Source: Pseudogymnoascus verrucosus (Eukaryota). From it: DNA of 64,000 nucleotides. Within the stretch, counting starts at the first letter, position 1. Each line of letters begins with the position of its first letter. Location of the stretch: the NCBI GenBank assembly GCA_001662655.1, contig KV460253.1; one strand, 5' to 3'. The notes under the pieces are model-generated. The model worked only from the letters and a program-made list of their open reading frames with translations, was not told where the DNA came from and made no database searches. The translations under genes and the position numbers were made by a program. Shown here in pieces: positions 23,644 through 33,336 of this stretch.

Positions 23644-25764
23644 ATGAGGGGTCTTCTCTTCCTAACGCTCGCTGCTAATCTAGGCTCTGCCTTTGCTCAG
23701 GTTTGTCTCTCTCTCTTTCTGTCTCTATCTCTCTTCCCCGACGGAAAGCTTCTTTGGCGACGATTCTAACTGTTGTTGTAGGTTGTTGACTTGGGATTAG
23801 CGGCGTCGTATGGGGTTCTTGCTCATGCTTCAATCTCTAACTCCGGCCCTACGACTGTTAATGGAGATATTGGAACTACCGGCACATCTATAGTTGGATT
23901 TCCCCCGGGAGTCTACACTGGAAATAGAAACGTAGGCTTGCTAGCTACTACTGCTTTCAACAATGCTGAAGCCGCATACACAACCCTTGGCCAACTACCA
24001 GGCATTATTTTAGTTGGAAATCTAGGAGGAAGGCTTCTCCCGCCAGGAGTTTACAGGTTCCCTACAGCTGCAGTATTGTCCGGTACCTTGATTCTTGCAG
24101 GACAGGGTTCCCCTTGCGACTCATGGGTCTTTCTAATCGGCAGCACTCTGTCTACTTCGGTTGGATCATCTGTGATAGTAACGGGAGGAGGGAATCCCGG
24201 CAACGTCTTCTGGAGGGTTGGAGCATCGGCTACTATTCAAATTGGCAGCCAGTTTAGTGGAAATATACTTGCCGGAGTCGCTGTTACGTTGAATCCAGGA
24301 GCTTCCATTCAGGGGAGTGTATATGCTCTTGGTTCATCGGTTGTTTTGAACAGCAATGAGGTTGCAGCACAGGCAAACTCTTGTCCATTGGGTGCTTCAA
24401 CATCAACTTCTGTATCATCAACTTCTACAACCGCGTCCTCGGATTCTTCGACGAGCACTGATGTCTCAACAACCACGGACTCTTCAACCTCCACGACCAC
24501 GGATGTGACAACAACCACTTCGTCGGATTCTTCAACAAGCACTGATGTCTCAACCACTTCGACAAGCACTGATGTCCCGACAAACACTTCAACCAGCACT
24601 GATATCCCGACAACCACAGACTCTTCCACCTCCACGGATGTGACAACAACCACTTCGACAAGCACTGATGTTTCGACAACCGACGTTTCGACAACCACTG
24701 ATATCACAACAGCCACTTCGACAACCACTGATGTCACAACAGCCACTTCGACAACCACTGATGTCACAACAGCCACTTCAACAAGCACTGATATCCCAAC
24801 AGCCACGGATGTCACAACGGCCACGGATACCACAACAGCCACGGATATCACAACAGCCACTTCCACCTCTACGGATGTCACAACAACCACTTCGACAAGC
24901 ACTGATGTCCCAACTACCACAGACTCTTCATCGTCAAGCTCCTCAGTTACATCTGCGTTTGCGTCATTAACATCGACGTCTACGGCTTCATTACCTTCTT
25001 TGACTAGTTCCACAATAATTTCTGTAACAAATTCATCGGCTATATCTTCTCCACCAGCATCAACCACGTCGATAGTCTATGCAACAACCGTCTACACGAT
25101 CACGAAATGCCCAGCAACTGTCACCAACTGCCCTATTGGCTCTGCCACCACAGAGCTCATCAGTCTATACACGACTGTATGCCCCGTAGCCGCCTCGGCA
25201 ACAAAACAACCACCCTCCGGATATACCGTCTCAACCGTCTTCACTACTATCGTCTACACGATCACCAAGTGCCCTAAGACGGTCACAAACTGTCCTGTGG
25301 GATCCGTCACAACGGAGATCAGAAGCCTCTACACTACCACCTGCCCTGTCACACAATCTTTTGTGAACAGTGTGCTAACTCCTCAGTCTAGCATTCCTGC
25401 CCGTCCTGCTTCTTCCCAGCTTCCTGCTGCGGTATTGCCAAGTAGGATTTCTTCGATAGCTATTGCAAGCCCTGTCTCCACTGTGTCTCTAGCTTTGGGG
25501 CTCTCTGGTGCAGCCCCTGTCTCCTCTGTCTCTCCCGCCTCGGGGCCCTCTAGCGTCCAAGGCAGCGTCCTAGTGATTGGAGCACCACCATCATCGAATC
25601 TTGTGATCTCGACCGTCACGGCATCTAAGGGCACGGTTAACGTTTCTCAAACTTCTCAGCCTTCAGCTGCTTATACGGGGCCAATTTCTAGCAGTGGTGT
25701 AATGAATAAGGGTACTAGTGCAAGTTTGTTAGTTCTTGCGATTGGGGCTCTACTATTTTTGTAA
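23644..25764 (+). CDS. Secreted DUF3494 (IBP-1 fold) ice-binding-like protein with Ser/Thr stalk, two Cys cell-wall repeats and a GPI-type C-terminus
   Basis: Signal exon 23644-23700, intron 23701-23781, exon 2 in frame. Motifs VDLGxAxSYGVLA, GxTTVNGDIG, GFPPG, LGGxxLxPGVY, VFLIGSTL, NVFWRVGASAT, FSGNILA and VVLNSN. Also TTVYTITKCPxTVTNCP twice and a hydrophobic tail. Confidence 0.9.
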
Positions 25765-26000
25765 GCCTAATTATTGTATATAGGGGTCGTACGTACGGCT
25801 CACAAATATTTAATCTAATTATATAAATTTTACTTCTTAGGGATGTCAGTTCAGGATTTGGAAGGCAATGTAGATTGTTATATAACTGTAGTAAAACTGA
25901 TGATGTTGTTTAGAGAAATTGGGGTGAGACCATGGTGAGTCGACGGATGGCACGACAGTATTTAGGGAACCAGTCAACTGCTTTCGCGCTTCTTAGGCAC

Positions 26001-26400
26001 CGAAGCCAGGCAACCATCCCCCGTTTCTAGGAAGCCGCTGTCGTAATCGAAGACACAGGATGCGGCCTTTCTAAAGTCCTAAGGCAGACTTCAGAAATCG
26101 ACCAACCGTTTCGCGTTTCCCGGAAGCCACTGTCGTGATCGAATACACAGGATGCGGCCATTCGAGAGGCCCGAGGCGGATTTCGGAAATCGACCAACCG
26201 TTTCGCATTTTTAAACGCTCTTAGGCCGCTTTAATGGTCGCCACAAGTGGGGAAGTGTGGGCCTTGAGGCAGTCTAGGTAAAAGCAGCATTAGTCCTAGA
26301 GCGGGAACACGGAAGCGGAGGGCTGACAACGGGTGACGGTTTTGGTAGTGGTCTTGGCGCAAAAGTGATGGCAGCTCACAGAGAATTGGGCATCCTGTCC
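26001..26400 (+). repeat. Dispersed ~400-bp repeat, right copy, with an internal ~91-bp tandem duplication
   Basis: Matches 20151-20532. The block GGAAGCC...GATGCGGCC...AATCGACCAACCGTTTCGC occurs twice (~26030-26115 and ~26122-26206). Confidence 0.9.
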
Positions 26401-26557
26401 GCTCTGCCATACACAAGCTTGTGTATCCCTCTGGATAATAGCGTCATTTAGCCACACTCAAGCCACACACTATGTAGATGGCGTAGGGTACTAGGCGAGG
26501 CTATATTGCACTTTTCTATATTTTACTCTGATATATTGTAGTAGAATAAGGATCTAA

Positions 26558-28139
26558 CTATGCTTTTGCTGCACGAAGCTCGTCAAATCTCAAAACAGAA
26601 CCAAGTAATACCTGTGCTCCTGTGGCACATTCCTCTGGAGAACTATATTCTACAGGGTTATGGCTGATACCATCCTTGCAAGGAATGAATATCATAGCCG
26701 TGGGACATCTTTTCGAAGTATATACACTGATGTTGATTAGAAAAATGGTTGCGATGAGATTCCAAGCCCGGTGATAGAGTAGCATACCTGTCGTGACCAG
26801 CTCCGCTTATCATGCCCTCTTTCATAAAATCATCTGCCGCGATGCCAGCTTCCGTTGCAACAGCTTCTGCACTCTCGGAGATGCAACGGATACAATCCGC
26901 ATCGAAAGTGGTAGCTGTCGACGTAGAATCCAGCTGCCACTCAATCGAACACCCTCTGCCCTTAATACCCGCCCTGGTCGTCCCTGGTACAAGTTCATCC
27001 TTGGCAATAGTCTCAAAATCCTGCTTGAGCTTTTCCTCTAACAGCATTAGTTGAGAATCGGCGCCCGAGCGAATGTCGAGAGAGAATGTGACCTCTCCAG
27101 GTACGGTATTGGTGCTCCCAGGCTTGAGTGTGAGCACGCCCGTAGATGCCAACGACAAAAACTCACTTGCGAGTACGTGGGAATGAGAGATCATTCTCGC
27201 AGCCGTAAGCAAAGCATCTGAACGATGCGGGAAAGTGGTCGCTCCAGTATGGCACTCGCGGCCGCCGACGGTAATGGTATGCCAGCGATAAACTTGTGCG
27301 CCCTTGACAATGCCGATTCGTTTGTTCTCAGCCTCGAGGATCGGACCTTGTTCTTGATGGAAGTTAGCCTAACTCCATTCCACTCCTCAGATAAACCGAA
27401 TAAATAGTGGGATCATACCAATATGGAGCTCAAAATGCGCTGCTAAAGGCGTGCTCTCATAGCTTGCTGGTGTGTCGCCGAGGTACCCAATCCTCTGGAG
27501 TTCAGATTTCATAGTGGCATTACCCCCGCCGACTTCTTTGAGGTTATGCGCACGCTCAAGAGGAATTGAGCCAGCCCACACACCAGAAGACACCATTGAT
27601 GTCGGGAATCGGGCACCCTCTTCACTAAGTAATCGGTTAGTTTGATTTCTCGACGAGTAAGGCAACCTTACTTGGTCCAGTTGACAAGCCCAATAGGGAA
27701 TGCAGTGCTGACTTTGTTGTCCTCGAGAACTCTCAAGGCCTCCAACCCGGCCAACACTCCAAGTACACCATCGTAGCGGCCTCCGCTAGGCTGCGTATCC
27801 AGATGGCTACCCATGAATGTTGCCGGTCCTTCGTTGCGTCCAGCACGAATAGCAAAAATGTTGCCCATAGCGTCGATGTGTACCTTGCAACCCAGAGACT
27901 TTGTCTGCTTGACAAACCAATCTCGGACCAGCTTATCCTCTGAAGAGAGAGACAATCGTGACATTCCCGTGTCATTTACACCGCTGTCAATCTAGTAAGT
28001 AAAATAGTTATCTCTAATAAGGGCACCTTGCCTACCTTCCCCAAACTGCACCCTTACCCCACTGTGCAGTGTGGTGGATATCTTTCATGAGACGAGCTCC
28101 ATTGACCTTCAGATTTTTAAATGCAGCGTTCGCCATCAT
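26558..28139 (-). CDS. M20-family di-Zn amidohydrolase (beta-ureidopropionase / N-carbamoyl-amino-acid / allantoate amidohydrolase type), multi-exon
   Basis: Motifs GSHLDTQPSGGRYDG, EEGARF, HFELHI/EQGP, CHTGAT, NTVPG, SGAGHD and GISHNPVE. GT-AG introns link the ORF pieces. Confidence 0.92.
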
Positions 28140-28259
28140 TATTTTTGCTGAAAGATAAATCAGGTGACGAGTTTTAATGAAGTGTTGAAGGTAAACTGAC
28201 ACCGGATGAGGTTTTGACGAAGGCCAAGGTCGGCAGATCCCCGAGACTATATATGCAAC

Positions 28260-28655
28260 TGATCTCGTGATGTTGGGCGACCTATTTGAGGGGTAATTTT
28301 TGTAATCCGGTACCCACATTCACATTGGCTTTCTTTTAGCAAGATCGTAACCTAAATATTTATTTGTAACAAGTGATATCGTGATGTTGGGCGACGTACT
28401 AGAGGGGCAATTGTTTTTGATCTGGCGCCCAAATTCATATTGGCTTCCTTTTAGCAAATCGTCAGCTAAATACCTTTATGCAACAACTGATCTCGCGATG
28501 TTGGGCGACGTATTAGAGGGGTGATTTTTTTTAATCCGGCGCCCATATTCATTCATACTGGCACCTTTTAGCAAATAATAACCTAAATACTGTATGTAAC
28601 AAATGATATCGTGAAGTCGGGCGACGTACTGGGAATTTTTTTCCACTCCGGCGCC
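28260..28655. repeat. Tandem array of ~114-bp units (3.5 copies) in the divergent promoter
   Basis: Units start at 28260, 28374, 28488 and 28604 with TGAT(C/A)TCGTGATGTTGGGCGAC. Shared internal GGCGCCC, TTTTAGCAA and CTAAATA. Confidence 0.92.
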
Positions 28656-28770
28656 CTTATTTGTATGATTCTCTTCCCGTGTTATGAATCATTCCGCATC
28701 CCTCGCTGTTTTCCATATCTCACTCTTCTGCGTCTGCCATCATTTTTCAATAACGCCTTGTGCCAACGAA

Positions 28771-29913
28771 ATGTTTGTCAATTCCGAAGCTCGGGCATGG
28801 ACATGCTCTTCTGCAATTGATGCTAAAATTGATACATTTCACTGCAACCTACCAGGGTATTCACAGACTCCACTTCTTGACTGTAGCTCAATTTCAGCAG
28901 AGTTGAGCCTGAAGAACGTCTTTCTCAAAGATGAATCAGCCCGTATGGGCCTTCCAGCATTCAAAATCCTGGGCGCATCGTGGGCAACATACAAGGCCAT
29001 TACAAAGCTGCTTCAGCTTCCGACAACGGTCAATGTCCAGACGGTCATCAAGGGTATTGCTGAGAAACATCAAGGCTTGACCCTCTTCGCAGCAACCGAG
29101 GGAAATCATGGTCGAGCAGTGGCTAAAATGGCAACGCTGCTGGGAATAGCATCGCAGATCTTTGTTCCCCAGTATCTGAACAAATCGACGCGCGATTTGA
29201 TTGAGAAGGAGGGGGCATGCGTAGTGGAAGTTCTAGGAGACTATAATGAGGCTGTTGTCAGGGCAAAAGACACAGCACATGAGCTTGGAATTGATGGCTT
29301 GTTGATCCAGGATACTGCATTTGACGGCTATGAAGATATTTCGCAGGTACAGTGCTCTCTGACCCTTCTCAAGCCAAAGCCAACTAAAATTTCCCAGTGG
29401 ATCGTAGACGGTTATTCAACAATGATGAAGGAAGCCGACTCACAGATCTATAATATCACACAAACTCGACCAGATGTTATCGTGGTGCCTGTTGGTGTCG
29501 GTTCTCTAGCTCAGTCGGTCGTCACCCACTACAAGTCCCAAGGCCATCCTTGCACCATTATAGCAGTTGAGCCAGAACCAGCAAATTGTCTACAGATGAG
29601 CCTGAAGTCTGACACGTTAACCTCGGTCTCGACTGAAGATACGATCATGTGTGGTCTGAACTGTGGCACTGTGTCTTCAATCGCTTGGCCTATCCTTCAG
29701 AAAGGGGTTGACGTGAGCGTTTACGTCACAGATGCTGAAGCTCATGAGTCTCTTGTCCAGCTCAAAGAATGTCAAGCAGTGATTGGGCCATGTGCAGCAG
29801 CTACTTTGGCAGCATTGAAGAAAGTAGTCAGAGGGCCTGGATTGGACAAAAACGCCGTCGTATTGCTTCTTGGTACAGAGGGTATACGAGATTACGAAGT
29901 TCCAACTTACTGA
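28771..29913 (+). CDS. Diaminopropionate ammonia-lyase-like PLP enzyme (fold type II, DpaL/YgeX family)
   Basis: Motifs KDESARMGLPAFKILGASW (PLP lysine), ATEGNHGRAVA, IQDTAFDGYE, VDGYSTM, VPVGVGSLA and TIMCGLNCG. Probable in-frame 51-nt intron 29347-29397. Confidence 0.88.
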   Translation: MFVNSEARAWTCSSAIDAKIDTFHCNLPGYSQTPLLDCSSISAELSLKNVFLKDESARMGLPAFKILGASWATYKAITKLLQLPTTVNVQTVIKGIAEKHQGLTLFAATEGNHGRAVAKMATLLGIASQIFVPQYLNKSTRDLIEKEGACVVEVLGDYNEAVVRAKDTAHELGIDGLLIQDTAFDGYEDISQVQCSLTLLKPKPTKISQWIVDGYSTMMKEADSQIYNITQTRPDVIVVPVGVGSLAQSVVTHYKSQGHPCTIIAVEPEPANCLQMSLKSDTLTSVSTEDTIMCGLNCGTVSSIAWPILQKGVDVSVYVTDAEAHESLVQLKECQAVIGPCAAATLAALKKVVRGPGLDKNAVVLLLGTEGIRDYEVPTY

Positions 29914-30508
29914 GAATATTTACATCAAATGGTTGATTACTACTCAAACTTCTCTCTCCTCATCTGCCGAGGATTTACATGCCAGAAATTCTGGAGGTGA
30001 TGGCAGGATTGAAAGTGCGGGGCTTATATGAATATCAAGATAATGTATTTCGATCCATGATATACAACCGCTACATAAATAGACTCTCGTATTAAGAAAG
30101 CCAGTTTAATATCAATACGTCATCGAAACCTTGTATGTCTGCAGAAAAACTATAATATAACTGTGTTTGTTACTATAATAGACATGGGGTCGTGCTGTAC
30201 CACCTTTCAGATCAGCTTTATGCACGAATGTGCCCATGTCCAGCCTGAGGCATAAACGGATCAGTCACACAAGCAGTCACGAAGTCATCAAACAAGAATA
30301 ATAGCTGAAAATCAGTTCCGCTCGCTCGCTCGCTCATTGTATTCATCCACACCCCTCGCTATCTCATTTCATCATACAATCCCACAATCCCACTATCCCT
30401 CATCCCCGCCGTGAGGCATCTCTCATCTCCTCTCCCCTTATCGCCATTTTTATATCCCCCACGCCCCCAACCCCCCCTCCCGCCTTCCCAGCCCCCGTCC
30501 GTCCCTAG

Positions 30509-30634
30509 TACCCCTCCCCTCCCTTCCATCTAGATGAGGAACCTCTGCTGTTAACAGGCAAGAGTAAGTATCTAGACTTAGCCGTATCCATTAACAGCAT
30601 GAGTTCCCCAACTTAGATGGAGAGGGAGGGGGTA
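30509..30634. repeat. Imperfect inverted repeat / hairpin (~45-bp arms), MITE-like
   Basis: TACCCCTCCC..CCATCTA..GGAAC..TGCTGTTAA pairs with TTAACAGCA..GTTCC..TAGATGG..GGGAGGGGGTA. Confidence 0.75.
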
Positions 30635-31241
30635 AAAACTAAAAATAATAATAATAATAAAAAATGATTTCACGAACAGCCGCCACCCGAGCCCGTCGCT
30701 GTGCACCGACCGGCCTGGATACCGGTTTCATAAATGGATAGCAAAAAAATGCACAGTAAGCGGGATTGAAAACAAAATAGGTTGAGGGGTCGTAGCCCCT
30801 GAGATCCGTCGCTCGGGGCGGGGAATATGCGATGACGGGTTGTAGGTGTAGATAGACGTCGATGTATATTGATAATGTAGATGAGGTGTAGGCGTGAACG
30901 CCGATCCCATTTTTCCCACCTGCCCGAACGCCGTGAGATGCGGTTTGATAGTGAGCAGCGTCATATATAGCAGTTGTGTATCGGGTGACGTATGGCGACA
31001 GTCGTATGCCTGTCGATATGGAATCCAGGGGGGGGGTCGTGTATCGCGCGCCGTCATCGTGGGCGGCGCTTTCGAGTATACCGATCCAGCTCGCGCCAGG
31101 ACAAGGGAGTCGACTTTCCCATCCACTCCGAGTCCATTAATAGGCGCGTCACGCTCCAGCCGTAGCATCCATAACTCCGGAATTCCCCACGCCGCCAACC
31201 TCCCCCGCGCTGCTCCTCCAAATATACTCTCCCTCCGCCTT

Positions 31242-33336
31242 TCACGTAGCCAAAAAGTCCATCCCCATATCACTCGCAATCCCCTGCCAATCCCAACTCC
31301 TCTCATCCCTCTTATCCATATACCTCCACACCTCCTCCAGCACCTCCAGCGCACGATCCGCATTCCGCAACGTCGTATACGCCCTAATCCTTCTAATACT
31401 CTCCCTAATCGGTATCCTCTGCTCCGGCTCAAACGCCGCACACCCAATAATAAACGTCGGCGTCAGCACCACAGTCTGGCACGGGTCGTTCGCAGGGATC
31501 AACTTCAGCAGTTCCAGCGCACCGTTAACAGCGGACGTGATTTTGGTATCGGGCGCCCAGCGCGTTGCCTTGGGAGGGTAGATGCTGCGCCACAGGTACA
31601 CCCAGAGCATCTGCTTATATAACAGACCTGCGACATGGCGGACCTCGCCGACGGGCCATGCGGACTGCCAAGCGCGGATGGAGGCGTCGATCTGGGAGGC
31701 GCGGTAGAGGGCGTTGTAGTCGACGATAGGGTCGATGTCGGATTCGATGTTGATGCGGATTTTGTTACGGAGGCGGGTGATGGAGGACATGAAGTAGAAG
31801 AGGTTATCCTGGACGCCCATGAGGCACTCTGCTTCGGGCTGGAAGAGAGCGGGCGGGAGGGACAAAGAGGAGTCGTCGTCGGGGGCTGGGGAGGATGTGG
31901 AGGAGAGTGGTGGGGAGGCGGGCCGGTGGACTAGCTCGTCGACCGAGATGTGGAATTGGAAGTACTCCTTGATGAAATCCATGAAGGGGGAGTCTTCAGG
32001 GGGCGTCTCGCGGATGAGCTTCTGGTAGGCTTGGAGGTGCACGCGATGCTCTCCTGTCGTCTTGCCCTCTGTTAGACTCTTGACGACGAAGCAGAGCATT
32101 TGACCGTAGCGCACGGAGAGCACGACGTTCTCTGTCGTGCCGGAGTTCTGCCGCTCGATGTCGAGGACGAACTCCTTGACTGCCTCTTCCTGGTGGAATA
32201 GCGCGCGCTCGCACAGGCTATTCTCCGTGACGTCCGGGTGCTTGGCTAGGATCGCGCGCCCGTATTCGCTTTGGTAGTCGAGGTTGCTACTTGACAGCGC
32301 TAGGATCGAGTGCATTAGACCGAGGTGCTTGACGGCCATCGGAAGTAGCATATCCTTGAAGGCATTCTTCTGCGGGCCCTCGACCGTCAGTACTGCGCTC
32401 AGCCTGAACACGTAGTGCTCAAAGAAGATGCGGTCGCCGGCTGTGTCGACTCCGTGGATCACGGGTTGGAGTTGGATGTTGGGGATGCACACGCGACTGA
32501 GTTGCGCGGTTGATTGGGCGAGCATGGAGGTCGAGATATCCTTTGACCAGACCGCCGTGCCCTCTTCTGCCTTCTCCTTGCCGGACTTCCAGATGGCCCG
32601 CTCTGGGTAACCTTCGCACACCACGGCGTTCTTCTCGCAGTTATTACCTATAAGGTGTTAGTCACGCTCAAAAACTTAAGTTGCTAGCAGAGCCACAGCG
32701 ACAATCAGGGGACAGCATACATCTTGGCTTCGCCTCGTCACACTTCTTCTTCCGTTTCCGACACGTAATACACCCCGTCTTCGACCTCCCTTTCGTAATC
32801 TTATTGAGCGACTCTGGCACAACGGGATGTTTCCGCGGCCTACCTCTCGGCCTCTTCGCTGCCACCGGTGACATCAATTCCATCGACCGCCGATGACTCT
32901 CAATTAGCGCTAACGCCGCGTCGTCCCCTGGCGACTCGACCTTCGGCTCAATTAACTCGTCAAACTCCTCCTCGGGTATAGCATGTCCACACGCATCGAC
33001 CTTCCTCTTCACCCCCCTCTGCTCCTCCCACGAGCCCGACGGCGTCGGCGTCGCAGAACCTCCATCCTCCTCCTGCCTATTATCCACCACCCTCTCCACC
33101 GTCCCCGCACTCGTCGTAATAACCCCCGCCTTCACCATCCCCAGCATCCTCTTCCTCTGGCCTATCGTCCTTTGAATCCGCGAAATATGCGCCAGATCTT
33201 TCCTATCGCCTACCCGCCGTATCTCTCCCCTCTGTAGCACCTGCCCCGAAGCCCCCTCGTCGTCCGCCACCTCAAGCGGCCCTGCGTGCTCGAATGTCCC
33301 GCTATTGATGTGCGCGTACCGGGCGCGTGCGTCCAT
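31242..33336 (-). CDS. Zn(II)2Cys6 transcription factor with AT-hook and Fungal_trans_2-type C-terminal domain
   Basis: AT-hook KRPRGRPRK, then CITCRKRKKKCDEAKPRC/(intron)/NCEKNAVVCEGY. The C-terminal domain ends in WDWQ...MDFLAT. Confidence 0.92.

Noticed and set aside
24309..25067. 252-aa Val-rich minus-strand ORF
   Set aside because: Antisense shadow of the Thr-rich stalk codons.
17560..26450. Starship or autonomous transposon
   Set aside because: No tyrosine-recombinase captain, transposase, RT or integrase ORF is recognisable in the window.
28260..28655. CRISPR-like array
   Set aside because: Whole units are homologous with no unique spacers, there are no cas genes, and the context is eukaryotic.
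30728..31622. 239-aa and 242-aa ORFs at the 3' end of the Zn2Cys6 gene
   Set aside because: They overlap the real CDS and its UTR, have low-complexity composition and no domain.
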